A stretch of 64,000 nucleotides of DNA from Deltaproteobacteria bacterium (GCA_019310485.1 JAFDEF010000004.1:35890-99889); one strand, 5' to 3'. Counted from the first letter of the stretch, positions 1-9,397 are shown. Made by a program: numbers and translations. The notes: a model not told the origin generated them from the letters alone.

Positions 1-687
1 TGTTACGTAATGAGCATAAAGTGCACCCCCAAGGGCGGCGAGAGCTGCTGAAAGCACAAAGACTTTGATCTTGTACCTGGCTACAGGGACTCCCATGGTC
101 TCGGCTGCATCTTCGCTCCGTTTTAAGGCCTGAAGTGCCCTTCCCACCCTTGAATTAGCGAGATTGATCAAGAAAATCACGGCACCTATAACAACCAGCC
201 ACACAAAAACATAATAGCTGGTGTCGGTATCAAGGACCAATCCTCCGAGGCTGAAAGTGGGGATCCCCACAAGCCCGGAAGGGCCGCCCGTGAGACTGCC
301 CCATTCTTTGAAAACAATACTTACGATCTCTCCAAACCCAAGAGTTGCCATGGCCAAATAGTGCCCTTTTAATTTCAGGGCGGGAATACCTAATATAAGC
401 GCTATGGCGCAAGCCAACAACACGGCCAGGACTACTGTAACACACGGGCTCCATCCAGTTTGTATTGAGAGTACTCCCGAGGTGTATGCGCCAATACCGT
501 AAAAGGCTGCCTGGCACAGGGACAGCTGGCCTGCGAAACCAATGAGCATGGTAAGCCCAAGGGCTACAAGAACATGAATCCCGACGAAGATCATCAAGGT
601 CTGGTAGTATAAATTGCGCTCCACCAGAGGGAACAAGAAAAGGGCTACGGCAAGGAACACCAGCATGTATAGGTTGTTCTTCGTCAT
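1..687 (-). CDS. Branched-chain-amino-acid-type ABC transporter permease, LivM-like (3' end runs off the window)
   Basis: Own reverse translation from ATG at 687 gives MTKNNLYMLVFLAVALFLFPLVERNLYYQTLMIFVGIHVLV..., a polytopic hydrophobic LivM-like protein. The start abuts the TAA stop of the upstream LivH-type gene. Absent from the ORF track because it is open at the window edge. Confidence 0.75.
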   Translation of the reverse strand, partial: MTKNNLYMLVFLAVALFLFPLVERNLYYQTLMIFVGIHVLVALGLTMLIGFAGQLSLCQAAFYGIGAYTSGVLSIQTGWSPCVTVVLAVLLACAIALILGIPALKLKGHYLAMATLGFGEIVSIVFKEWGSLTGGPSGLVGIPTFSLGGLVLDTDTSYYVFVWLVVIGAVIFLINLANSRVGRALQALKRSEDAAETMGVPVARYKIKVFVLSAALAALGGALYAHYVT

Positions 688-1566
688 TTATTCCACTTCG
701 TATTTTCCAAGAATTCCTCCCGGCCGTACAAATAGAACCAGGAGCATGATGAGAAAGGCAAACGCATCCTTGTACCCTGAGGAAATAAAACCCGCAGCAA
801 AGGATTCCACTATGCCAATAGCAAGGCCTGCCACTACAGCGCCGAAAGAGTTTCCCACTCCCCCGACAATCGCCGCGGAGAAACCTTTAATGCCCAGCAT
901 GGCACCCCTGTCGTATTCCATCAGCGTAATTGGAGTAATGATTGCACCTGCCACGGCGCCTATTGCGGCACTCATGGCAAAGCTCAGGGTTACCATCATT
1001 TTCACGTTAATTCCCATGCAGCTGGCGGCGTCACGGTTAATGGCACATGCCCTCAGAGCTTTCCCGGCCATGGTGAATTTGAAAAAATACGTAAGGAGTA
1101 ACACTACAAGCAGCGTCAGTCCTATCACCCAGAGAATCTGGGGCACAATAACGGCTCCGGCTATATGTATTGGTTTTGCATGGGTGAAAGGCTCAAGGGG
1201 ATGAGAGTCCTTGCCCCAGGTTATCATTGCAAGGCCCTTGAGGATGATGGACACCGCTATTGTGATCAGAATCATGGTCACAAGCGAAGGGTTTTTCAGT
1301 GTGCTGATGGTCAGTCTCTCAAACAGAATACCCACCACAGTGACGAGACCAACGGAGAGGAAGAAAGAGAGGAACATGCTCATGCCAAAGGTGGAATGAA
1401 ACATGATCATGGCCATACCACCAATCATGACAAATTCGCCCTGGGCAAAATTGAGCACATCCGTGGCATTGTATATGATATTGAAGCCTACGGCTACCAT
1501 GGCATAAATGCTGCCAACAGTTATTCCGGTCAAAAGCAATTGAAGACATTGGGCCGAAAGAGTCAA
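688..1566 (-). CDS. Branched-chain-amino-acid-type ABC transporter permease, LivH-like
   Basis: 292-aa ORF. N-terminus LLLTGITVGSIYAMVAVGFNIIYNATDVLNFAQGEF is the typical LivH/BPD_transp_2 signature. Hydrophobic throughout. Confidence 0.9.
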   Translation of the reverse strand: MTLSAQCLQLLLTGITVGSIYAMVAVGFNIIYNATDVLNFAQGEFVMIGGMAMIMFHSTFGMSMFLSFFLSVGLVTVVGILFERLTISTLKNPSLVTMILITIAVSIILKGLAMITWGKDSHPLEPFTHAKPIHIAGAVIVPQILWVIGLTLLVVLLLTYFFKFTMAGKALRACAINRDAASCMGINVKMMVTLSFAMSAAIGAVAGAIITPITLMEYDRGAMLGIKGFSAAIVGGVGNSFGAVVAGLAIGIVESFAAGFISSGYKDAFAFLIMLLVLFVRPGGILGKYEVE

Positions 1567-1617
1567 ATTAGAAACCCCTCTTGCAAAGGAAATGTAGCGG
1601 GCTCAGAGCCCGTATGT

Positions 1618-2754
1618 TCATTTTTCAACCACAGATGGATCCTGAACCCTTACCGGTTTTGCCTGTTTTCCGTATCCAAGAAACTGATCCATGAACACGA
1701 TAAAAGGTGTAAGGATATTCCTTTCAGCAAAGACCCTGACCATCCGATGAAGGAAGTTATTCGGCTTGTTCCACGGGCAGACCCTCACACAAACCGAGCA
1801 GTGGGTACCGTTCTTAACCCACCAATCGAAACATTTCATGGCATGGATCGGCCATTTCAGCATGCCGGGTGAATTGGAAACATCCCAAGCTTTATCTGTT
1901 CTTTCCCCTGTCATAAGAGCGCGGCTGGGGCAATACTTTGCGCACAGCTTACATTTCTCGCAAAATTTCTGGACTCCTATGTCCACGGGAGAATCCGGAA
2001 TCAAGGGCAGGTCGGTAAACACCTTGCTGATTCTAACTCTTGGCCCGAACTCCCTGGTGATAAGCTGTCCGCTTCGTCCCATCTCTCCCAGTCCTGCATC
2101 CACGGCCATGGGAATACTTATTCCGAGCTCATTAACTGCAGGAATGGCCTTGAACCCCAGCTCTGCAATAAAGGTGGCAAGGGAGCTGGCACACCAGGCG
2201 GCTTTCGAGTAACCGATGTCGGTTTCAGCCTCCACGTTCGGGGTGTACCGCATACCTTCATAATGCATTTCGCTGGCCAGCACAATCACCATCTTGTACT
2301 CGGGAGGGATTTCAATGGGGTCCCCGTCCCCGGCTGCATTCGTATACATCGCGTTGTGCAGGCCCCAGTGAGTGTAAATCCACAGAGGGTTTAACTTTGC
2401 AATACCCACAAGGTCTGCACCGATCCACAGCGCCGCCTCCTTGATAATCCTGGACATGGCCTGAGGATCGGGGTCTTTAAGCCTGTATTTCTTGTTGTAA
2501 ATGGGAGAAGTCTCTCTTGCCAGCGCGTTTTTCCTTAACAGATAGTCAACAGTACGCCCGGATACCCATCGTGCATGATCCAGGATCGTTTTTCCGGGAA
2601 TTTGCTTTGCGATATTCTCAACACTTCTTTTATGCATAAGGGTGTACTTGTCTGCTTCAACCGCGCCGCGGCTGAAACCCGTGTTGCGCTCGTCAAAACG
2701 GACAAGTTCCCCGGTAATATATTTTTTGTAAGTCGGTTCTTTTACTTTTCTCAT
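1618..2754 (-). CDS. Reductive dehalogenase (RdhA) family homologue, cytoplasmic type (no TAT signal), paralogue 1
   Basis: 378 aa. C-terminal FCEKCKLCAKYCP ... C-x12-CSVCVRVCPWNK matches the RdhA two-cluster pattern, in which the second cluster has one distant Cys. The N-terminus MRKVKEPTYKKYITGELVRFDER lacks an RRxFLK twin-arginine motif. No RdhB-like anchor gene is adjacent. Confidence 0.75.
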   Translation of the reverse strand: MRKVKEPTYKKYITGELVRFDERNTGFSRGAVEADKYTLMHKRSVENIAKQIPGKTILDHARWVSGRTVDYLLRKNALARETSPIYNKKYRLKDPDPQAMSRIIKEAALWIGADLVGIAKLNPLWIYTHWGLHNAMYTNAAGDGDPIEIPPEYKMVIVLASEMHYEGMRYTPNVEAETDIGYSKAAWCASSLATFIAELGFKAIPAVNELGISIPMAVDAGLGEMGRSGQLITREFGPRVRISKVFTDLPLIPDSPVDIGVQKFCEKCKLCAKYCPSRALMTGERTDKAWDVSNSPGMLKWPIHAMKCFDWWVKNGTHCSVCVRVCPWNKPNNFLHRMVRVFAERNILTPFIVFMDQFLGYGKQAKPVRVQDPSVVEK

Positions 2755-2900
2755 AGAAAATGATCTTCCGAGTTAAAGGTCTCCTGATCCAATTTTATTC
2801 ACCAGGCACTGCAAGAAAGCCGATCTCCGCGCACAGAGATCGGCTTCCACCTCTCACATACCCGGGGAGTTAAATCCCCTTGCCAAAATTCTAACCGGAC

Positions 2901-4052
2901 CTACTCCAGCAATTTCCAGTTTCCATTGACCACTTTAACCATCACCACGGATTCTTTTGTCAGGCCATTGTGGTTGGTGGGGGAGTAATTGTAAGTGCCG
3001 ACCACGCCAACAAAGTTTTTGAGATTTTCGATATAGTCCCTGATCTTGGCTCGATCAGGCCCCACAGCCTTCAGGGCACTGATAGCAATCCTTATGGCAT
3101 CATGAGCGTTACCGCCGAACTTGCTCACATCGTGCTTGAACCTAGACTCGTAAGCTTTCTTGTATTTCATCAGGATCGGCTTTTGAGGATCTGAATCAGG
3201 GAGCTGGTCAGCGACGATCAATTTTGGAGAAGGGAAGATGATTCCCTCCCCTGCTTTTCCCGTCATTTGGAGAAATTTTTTCGATGCAGCGCCATGGCTC
3301 TGGTATAAGGGTATTTTCATTGCCAGCTGCTTCCAGTTCTTTGTCACTATTGCTTCCGTGGGACCAACCGTCCAGCAGATCAGGGCCTGAGCATCAGTTC
3401 TCTGGATTCGCGTCAACTGAGCGGTCATGTCGGAGTCTTTTGGACCAAATTTCTCATCAGCCACCACCTGGATTCCAAACTTGGGTGCCACCGCGATCAG
3501 TTGTTCCCGGCCACTGTCCCCAAAGCCGTTTGAGACAGTGATAATCCCTACCCTTTTGATGCCGACCTTGGTCATGTACTGGTAAATCCTGGTTACGACG
3601 TTGGTATCGGTCTGAACGGTGTTAAAAACCCATTTCTTTGGTGGCTGCACAATCTTTCTGCTTGCGCCAAGAGCTATGTGGGGAATTTTTGCCTTTTGCA
3701 CAATAGGAATCACTGCCAGCGCGGATCCGCTCGACATGGGCCCAAGAATGATGGACACCCTATCCTTTTTGATCAGTTTCTGCGCCAGGGTAACCGCCCG
3801 GGTGGGTTTACCCTCTGTATCATAGACGATCAGCTTGATAGGGTGGCCGTTTATGCCTCCGGCCTTGTTGACTTCATCTGCAATCATCACAAAAGTGTTT
3901 TTCCCGGGCTCCCCTAGAAAAGAAAGGCCTCCGGTAACTTCCATGATTGCTCCAATCCTGTAAGGCTGTGCAGCCATACTCGGCGGCACCAAGAAGCAAA
4001 ATGCCGCAAGCAGCGCAATCCCCATTGCCAGGTATCGTTGAATTGCTTTCAT
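2901..4052 (-). CDS. Periplasmic substrate-binding protein, LivK/type-I (Peripla_BP_6-like)
   Basis: ORF 2901..4103. I prefer the internal ATG at 4052 (MKAIQRYLAMGIALLAAFCFLVPPSMAAQPYRIGA), which has a signal peptide and is preceded by GGAGAGGAGG. Body has typical LivK-like motifs (GGINGHPIKLIVYDTEGKP). Confidence 0.85.
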   Translation of the reverse strand: MKAIQRYLAMGIALLAAFCFLVPPSMAAQPYRIGAIMEVTGGLSFLGEPGKNTFVMIADEVNKAGGINGHPIKLIVYDTEGKPTRAVTLAQKLIKKDRVSIILGPMSSGSALAVIPIVQKAKIPHIALGASRKIVQPPKKWVFNTVQTDTNVVTRIYQYMTKVGIKRVGIITVSNGFGDSGREQLIAVAPKFGIQVVADEKFGPKDSDMTAQLTRIQRTDAQALICWTVGPTEAIVTKNWKQLAMKIPLYQSHGAASKKFLQMTGKAGEGIIFPSPKLIVADQLPDSDPQKPILMKYKKAYESRFKHDVSKFGGNAHDAIRIAISALKAVGPDRAKIRDYIENLKNFVGVVGTYNYSPTNHNGLTKESVVMVKVVNGNWKLLE

Positions 4053-4278
4053 AAATTTCCTCCTCTCCCTGATTGTATTGTTTGTTTCGGCGAATGCTAT
4101 CATATTTACTAGGGAATAAACCTTACCCTTTTGGCGGTAATTCTAGTTGCCAGCCCTACCTCTAGGGAAGCACAACAGGCTTGCGGACCGACTCCCAAGG
4201 CAAAAGGCTGCCTCCTTGTTGTTTCGTGGCTCATAGAGAGCTTTTTATAAATAAAAAGTAGCCTGAGTCAAGGTTTTT

Positions 4279-4296
4279 TTCACATTTTTCACATTT
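4279..4296. promoter_or_regulatory. Tandem 9-bp direct repeat TTCACATTT x2 in a divergent promoter region (candidate operator)
   Basis: Read directly: ttcacattt ttcacattt. It lies between the SBP gene (-) and the first XRE/cupin regulator (+). Function not established. Confidence 0.25.
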
Positions 4297-4367
4297 GGCT
4301 TGCTTTTTTTAAAAAATATTCAATAATATGAACACCCCCGGGTGAATCTAGCACTGGAGAGGCTCCC

Positions 4368-4955
4368 ATGTTGATGGTAAAAATTGGGACGAGAATAAAA
4401 GAAAATCGGTGGCGACAGGGTCTAACACTTAAGGATCTTTCAGAAAGATCAGGCCTTTCGGTGGGTCTTTTGAGTCAGATTGAGCGTGGAATTTCCTCCT
4501 CCAGCATCCGCAACATACAGAAGATTGTGAAAGGACTTGGTATCAGTTTTGCCAGTCTGTTTGATGACACTGATCCAGGTGAAAACGGTGCTCAGATGCA
4601 CCAAACATCCAGGAAAGGGATCCAAATTTCGGTCGTACGCGGTAAAAAGAGGAAAAAACTTCTCATGCCCTTTGGGGGTTTTATGGAGCTTCTCGCACCG
4701 GTTCACAATCACAAGATGGAATTTATCTTCCTTCGCTATCCGGTAGGAGCCAAAGTGAAGGAGCCATTTTCCCATGAAGGAGAAGAATGCGGTCTTGTAT
4801 TGAAGGGAAAACTTAAGGCTATTGTCGGTGATCAAGAATTCATCCTTGAGGCTGGTGACAGCATCTACTTTGACAGTACTATTCCTCACCGATGGGAGAA
4901 TATGGCCAAAACTGAAACCACGTTCATCTCAGCCCTCACACCCCCCTCATTGTAA
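4368..4955 (+). CDS. XRE-family HTH + C-terminal cupin transcriptional regulator (copy 1)
   Basis: 195 aa. The N-terminus ...RQGLTLKDLSERSGLSVGLLSQIERG is an HTH_3 motif. The C-terminal GDSIYFDSTIPHRWEN is a cupin motif. GGAGAGG lies upstream of the ATG. Confidence 0.85.
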   Translation: MLMVKIGTRIKENRWRQGLTLKDLSERSGLSVGLLSQIERGISSSSIRNIQKIVKGLGISFASLFDDTDPGENGAQMHQTSRKGIQISVVRGKKRKKLLMPFGGFMELLAPVHNHKMEFIFLRYPVGAKVKEPFSHEGEECGLVLKGKLKAIVGDQEFILEAGDSIYFDSTIPHRWENMAKTETTFISALTPPSL

Positions 4956-4985
4956 TCTCCGGGAGAGCCTTCCCTTTGTTTTTAG

Positions 4986-5014
4986 TTGACAAGTGGTTTA
5001 CTTTTGTTTACTAA
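4986..5014 (+). promoter_or_regulatory. Sigma70-like promoter candidate (TTGACA-17-TACTAA) with GTTTACT / TACTAA short direct repeats
   Basis: TTGACA at 4986-4991, a 17-nt spacer, then TACTAA at 5009-5014. GTTTACT occurs twice and TACTAA is tandemly repeated. Lies just upstream of the second regulator. Confidence 0.35.
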
Positions 5015-5054
5015 TACTAACCGATTTCAGGGTACTACCAGGGCCCTTTTGCAC

Positions 5055-5624
5055 ATGGAAAAAGAAATACAAAAAAGAATAAAGATGTATAGAAAAGACC
5101 GGGGCCTTACCCTTAGAGAGCTGGCTGAAAGGGCTGGGTGTACGCACTCCTATATTTCTCAGGTGGAAAAGGGAAAAAGTGTTCCATCTCTATCCATGGT
5201 GGGAAAACTTGCTTCCGCCCTTGAAGTTAGCGTGGTGGACCTTCTTAACGGTCTGCCGGGGGTAGAAGACAAAGGCGAATGGTATCTGAGCAAAAATGAT
5301 CGAAAAACAATAAATTATCCTGACGGCAAAGTTTCAAGCCAACTTCTGGTACCCCGGATTACAACCAGAAAGATGGAACCATTGATAAGTACAATAAAGC
5401 CTGGGGGCAGCTCTGATGCTGCCGAGGGGATGAATCACCCCCCTGGGACCGAGGAGTTTGTTTTCTTGATAAAAGGAGAGCTTGATTTTGCCGTAAACGG
5501 AAAGGAGATTCACCTAAAGGAGGGTGATACTCTCAGTTTTGACGGAAATCTGCCGCATAGCTGGGTGAACAGCAGCGGCAAAACAGCGGTGGTCCTTTTT
5601 GTGTTTACTCCACCCATATGGTGA
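5055..5624 (+). CDS. XRE-family HTH + cupin transcriptional regulator (copy 2)
   Basis: ORF 4986..5624. I prefer the ATG at 5055 (MEKEIQKRIKMYRKDRGLTLRELAERAGCTHSYISQVEKG). The C-terminus has a cupin motif (GDTLSFDGNLPHSWVN). Confidence 0.85.
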   Translation: MEKEIQKRIKMYRKDRGLTLRELAERAGCTHSYISQVEKGKSVPSLSMVGKLASALEVSVVDLLNGLPGVEDKGEWYLSKNDRKTINYPDGKVSSQLLVPRITTRKMEPLISTIKPGGSSDAAEGMNHPPGTEEFVFLIKGELDFAVNGKEIHLKEGDTLSFDGNLPHSWVNSSGKTAVVLFVFTPPIW

Positions 5625-5657
5625 GATGTGACCGGAAACAGAGGGGTAGAAGAAGTT

Positions 5658-8030
5658 ATGGAACAAAGAGTATTTTCGACCATAGGCAAGGTAACCAGAC
5701 GCAAGGAAGGGATAGCTCGGGTAACAGGAAAGGAAGTTTTTTCCTCAGATGTGACACTTCCAGGCATGCTGTTTGCGAGAGTACTCAGGAGCCCTTATCC
5801 GCATGCAAAGGTCCTTTCAGTGGACACGGAGGAAGCGGAGAAGATGGGCGCGATCTGTGTTACGCCCGATGAGGTACCCCAGATTCGCTATAACGAGAGG
5901 CAGGTAAGCATTCCTTCAAAGACCTACCGCGACAGGACCGTGTTGCCAGAGGTGGTCAGGCATGTGGGTGAAGGCGTTGTTGGAGTGGCAGCCAGGACGG
6001 AAGCGCTTGCCGAGGAGGCGGTCAGGCGAGTTAAGGTTGAATGGGAAAGACTGCCTGCCGTTTTTGATCCCTTTGAGGCAATGAAAGAGGGGGCCCCTGC
6101 TGTCCATGAGGATGTAATGCTGGGGGATGTCAGGCTTCCTATTAAGAACAACATTGCCTGTGTGCGGGAAGTCAGCGAAGGGGATATTGAAGAAGGCTTT
6201 AGCATCGCTGATTTCATTGTGGAGGAGGAATTTCGAACAGGGAGAGCCTATCACACGCAGCTTGAAACCAAGGCGGTAGTCTGCCGCCCTGAACCTGACG
6301 GCGGCATCACCGTGTGGCCGACTGCCCAGTCCATCCATAACACAAGACAGCTCCTTGGTAGAATCTTCGATATCCCTTTGAGTAAAGTGAATGTCGTAAG
6401 AGTCCCTATTGGGGGTGCTTTTGGATCAAGTATTCAGATGAACACTGCTGTTGCCGTTTGCGCGGCTCTAGCACTCAAGGCAAAGAGGCCGGTAAAGCTT
6501 TGCCTGACCCGCGAAGAGGACATGTATGATCACTGCAAGTACCCCTCAATCATTAGGCTTAAATACGGGATCAAGAAAGACGGGACTATAACCGCAGGCG
6601 AGATGCAGACCGTTGTTGATATAGGGGCACATAATATTCAGGCATATCCGCTGCTGGGATGTATGGCAGGATGGTTTGTTTCTCTTTACAGAATGCCTCA
6701 CATGCACTTTCACGGGACGGCTGTTTATACAAACAAAGCGCCCGCATGCGCGATGCAGGGATACGGAAACCCACAGGTTTCTTTTGCAGTTGAAAGCATG
6801 ATGGATATCCTTGCAGAGAAGGTGGGCATGGACCCTGTTGATCTTCGCCTGAAAAACTATGTGGGACTTGGAGAAACATTCTGGGGCCAGGGACCCACGG
6901 TGCGATCCATCATCCGTAGCTGCGGGGTGGAGGAGATGCTTTCAAAGGGGAAAGAAAAGATAGGATGGGACAAACGGGGAAAGCCTGAAGAAAAAAGAGG
7001 AAGGTATCGCCGCGGTATTGGCGTGGGCAGGAGCTTTCATACTTCGGGAACAGGCGCTCCCATGCCCGGAGAGGTCATTGATTATTCCACGGCAATGGTA
7101 AAAGTTAATGAAGATGGCTCGGTTGATTACCTGACCGCTCTTATGTGTCACGGGGGCGGAACTCTTGAGGCAGGTGCAAAGATTGTCGCAGAGGTGATGG
7201 GTGTGCCGCTTGACAAAGTTGGGATTTCACCATCCGATACCAGGAGCACGGGGTATGATGTTTGTACCCATGCTACGCGAGGGGTTTACTGCGGAGGGGC
7301 TGCAATAAAGAAGGCGGCGGAGTCGGCAAAAAAGATCCTGCTGGAGTTTGCTTCCCGGCTGCTGGAAGTTAATCCGGATGCGCTTCAAATAAGGCCTGAC
7401 GAAGAGCTGGGCCAGGGAGTGATATTTCTTGAGGGTGCGAAAGACAAAGCCATAACAGTGGGGGAAGTGGCAAAGACCGCCCAGTTGAAGGGCTGGGGTA
7501 CAGCCATAGCTGTAGAAAGCCACAGGCAGGTGAACTGCCCCCCATGCTTTGTCACTAACTTTATAGAAGTGGAGGTGGATACTGAAACAGGGAACGTAAG
7601 GCCAACCAGGGCCGTGGCCGCCGTGGATGCTGGAACGGTCATTAACCCTGACCTGGCTGCCGGTCAACTGGAAGGGGGACTCTGCCGCGGGATTGGTCTG
7701 GCTCTTCTCGAGGATACTGACTATGACAGGGATACAGGAGAGCTCACGTGCGGCGCCAGCCTGGTAGACTATAAGACATATACTGCTGTTGACATGCCTT
7801 TTGTGGATGATCTTGAAGCCTTTTTTGCCAATACATATGAGCCTTCAGGTCCTTTTGGGGCAAAAGGTGTGGGGGAGGCTGCCAACAACTGTACTGCCGG
7901 CACAGTGGCCAATGCCGTTTACAATGCAATTGGGATTCGTTTCAAAGAAGCACCCATCACGCCGGAAAAGGTTTTAAAAGCCTTGAAAGAAAATGGCGCA
8001 GCAAAAAGGAGAGCTGAAAGAAATGATTAA
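5658..8030 (+). CDS. Xanthine dehydrogenase/aldehyde oxidase-family molybdopterin-binding large subunit (L1)
   Basis: About 790 aa. N-terminal a/b-hammerhead-like region (GKVTRRKEGIARVTGKEVFSSDVTLPGMLFARVLRSPYPHAKV). Also GGAFGS and a C-terminal GAKGVGEA motif. The ATG at 5658 follows GAGGGG; an alternative start at 5628 is possible. Confidence 0.9.
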   Translation: MEQRVFSTIGKVTRRKEGIARVTGKEVFSSDVTLPGMLFARVLRSPYPHAKVLSVDTEEAEKMGAICVTPDEVPQIRYNERQVSIPSKTYRDRTVLPEVVRHVGEGVVGVAARTEALAEEAVRRVKVEWERLPAVFDPFEAMKEGAPAVHEDVMLGDVRLPIKNNIACVREVSEGDIEEGFSIADFIVEEEFRTGRAYHTQLETKAVVCRPEPDGGITVWPTAQSIHNTRQLLGRIFDIPLSKVNVVRVPIGGAFGSSIQMNTAVAVCAALALKAKRPVKLCLTREEDMYDHCKYPSIIRLKYGIKKDGTITAGEMQTVVDIGAHNIQAYPLLGCMAGWFVSLYRMPHMHFHGTAVYTNKAPACAMQGYGNPQVSFAVESMMDILAEKVGMDPVDLRLKNYVGLGETFWGQGPTVRSIIRSCGVEEMLSKGKEKIGWDKRGKPEEKRGRYRRGIGVGRSFHTSGTGAPMPGEVIDYSTAMVKVNEDGSVDYLTALMCHGGGTLEAGAKIVAEVMGVPLDKVGISPSDTRSTGYDVCTHATRGVYCGGAAIKKAAESAKKILLEFASRLLEVNPDALQIRPDEELGQGVIFLEGAKDKAITVGEVAKTAQLKGWGTAIAVESHRQVNCPPCFVTNFIEVEVDTETGNVRPTRAVAAVDAGTVINPDLAAGQLEGGLCRGIGLALLEDTDYDRDTGELTCGASLVDYKTYTAVDMPFVDDLEAFFANTYEPSGPFGAKGVGEAANNCTAGTVANAVYNAIGIRFKEAPITPEKVLKALKENGAAKRRAERND

Positions 8031-8907
8031 CACCAGGATACTGACTCAAGAATTTGACTATTTTGCTCCTGAGTCAATAAAGCAGGTTGTTGAGCTGCTG
8101 GAAAGGCACGGAGAAGGGGCCAGGGTCATCGCAGGGGGGACAGACCTTATTAACCAGATGAAAGAGGAAAAGATGTCCCCCTCCTGCCTTGTAAACATCA
8201 TGAATGTTAAGGGCCTGCGCTACATCAAAGAGGATGAGGGACTTAGAATAGGAGCAGCAACAAAGCTCCGAGATGTGAGGGCTTACTGCTTTAAAAGCCG
8301 CTATGTTGCCCTATACGAGGCCATTTCCTCTTTAGGGAAGCCCCAGGTGTGGAATATGGGAACCATTGGGGGGAACCTCTGTAACGCCTCTCCTGCTGCT
8401 GACACTGCACCACCCCTGCTGGTTTTCAAAGCCCGTGTAAAACTTGTAGGCAAGGACGGAGAAAGGGAACTTTTGCTGGAGGATTTCTTTACAGGCGTTA
8501 ATAGCACTGTACTGCAGCCCACTGAATTGATGGTGGAAATTCACCTGGACCCTCCAGGTGATGGTGCGGGCAATGCTTTCCTGAAAGTAGCCAGGGTCGG
8601 AGCCGACATATCCAAGGTCAGCTGCGCGGTTTTTTTGAAAAGGCAGGGCCGGACTTGCACGGAGTGCAGGGTCGCCCTCGGTGCAGTAGCGCCTGTGCCT
8701 ATGAGGGTGAAGGTGGTCGAGGAAATGATTGAGGGTCGAGAAATTGAGGAATCTTTAGTGGCAAAGGCTAGCGAGATTGTTTCAGAGGAAGTTAAGCCGA
8801 TTGACGATATCAGGTCAAGTGCAGAGTACAGGAGACAAGTTGCCGCAGTGACTTTCAGGGATGTATTTTGGAAAGCCTGGGATCGGGCAATTGGAGGGAA
8901 AAATTGA
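8023..8907 (+). CDS. FAD-binding medium subunit of Mo-hydroxylase (CoxM/XdhB-like, M1)
   Basis: ARVIAGGTDLINQMK and GTIGGNLCNASPAADTAPPLL are the FAD_binding_5 signatures. The ATG at 8023 overlaps the L1 stop by 8 nt (ATGATTAA). Confidence 0.9.
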   Translation: MINTRILTQEFDYFAPESIKQVVELLERHGEGARVIAGGTDLINQMKEEKMSPSCLVNIMNVKGLRYIKEDEGLRIGAATKLRDVRAYCFKSRYVALYEAISSLGKPQVWNMGTIGGNLCNASPAADTAPPLLVFKARVKLVGKDGERELLLEDFFTGVNSTVLQPTELMVEIHLDPPGDGAGNAFLKVARVGADISKVSCAVFLKRQGRTCTECRVALGAVAPVPMRVKVVEEMIEGREIEESLVAKASEIVSEEVKPIDDIRSSAEYRRQVAAVTFRDVFWKAWDRAIGGKN

Positions 8908-9371
8908 ACAAGCGAAAAGTAACCTTCACTGTAAATGGAGAGAGACATGAGCTCGTGGTTGAGCCTAATGAGCTTTTGCTCAATGTGCTTAGAGAAAAGC
9001 TGGGGCTAACCGGAACAAAGTATGCCTGCGGCAAGGGCCAGTGCGGGGCTTGCACCGTTTTGGTTAATGGGGAATCTTTCTTAAGCTGCTTGACGCTGGC
9101 AGTTGCTGTTGATGGGGCGGAGATCCGTACAATAGAAGGCGTGGCTGAACCAGACGGCACTCTTGACCCAATTCAGGAGGCTTTTCTTGACAGCAGCGCT
9201 ATTCAATGTGGTTTTTGTACGCCGGGGATGGTCCTAATGGGCAGAGAGCTCCTGAATAGAAATCCGCGAGCCACAGAGGAAGAAATCAGAGAGCAGATCA
9301 AGGGCAACCTGTGCCGGTGCACTGGTTATTTTAGCATTGTCAGAGCCATAAAAAGCTGCTGCGAAAAATAA
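8904..9371 (+). CDS. [2Fe-2S] small subunit of Mo-hydroxylase (CoxS/XdhC-type, S1)
   Basis: CGKGQCGACTVLVNG plus CGFCTPGMV...CRCTGY are the two 2Fe-2S motifs. The likely TTG start at 8904 follows GGAGGG and overlaps the M1 stop (TTGA). The ORF-track ATG at 8868 is an alternative. Confidence 0.88.
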   Translation: MNKRKVTFTVNGERHELVVEPNELLLNVLREKLGLTGTKYACGKGQCGACTVLVNGESFLSCLTLAVAVDGAEIRTIEGVAEPDGTLDPIQEAFLDSSAIQCGFCTPGMVLMGRELLNRNPRATEEEIREQIKGNLCRCTGYFSIVRAIKSCCEK

Positions 9372-9397
9372 CTGTGATTGGAAGTGCACAATATTTA

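Noticed and set aside
614-1872. Long antisense 'shadow' ORFs inside real genes. Examples are 614..1204 +, 1165..1872 +, 9488..10087 -, 35726..36364 +, 42063..42656 +, 52123..52896 - and 53541..53981 -.
   Set aside because: Each lies opposite a gene with strong family signatures. Their translations are low-complexity or Ser/Pro/Arg-rich, with no motifs. This is typical of non-coding frames in about 50% GC DNA.
1618-2754. Annotating the RdhA-like proteins as epoxyqueuosine reductase QueG (same superfamily, similar length, CPWNK motif).
   Set aside because: The second Fe-S motif has the RdhA-type distant first Cys (C-x12-CxxCxxxCP). The segment between the clusters aligns with my recollection of PceA (G.R......G...W......C..W). 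No QueG-type C-terminal HEAT-like region is seen. Two copies embedded in transporter operons also argue against a tRNA-modification role.
4290-4310. Sigma-54 promoter (TGGC...TTGC) in tttggcttgctttttt upstream of the first regulator.
   Set aside because: The GG and GC elements are adjacent rather than separated by the required spacing of about 10 nt, so it does not fit TGGCAC-N5-TTGCW.
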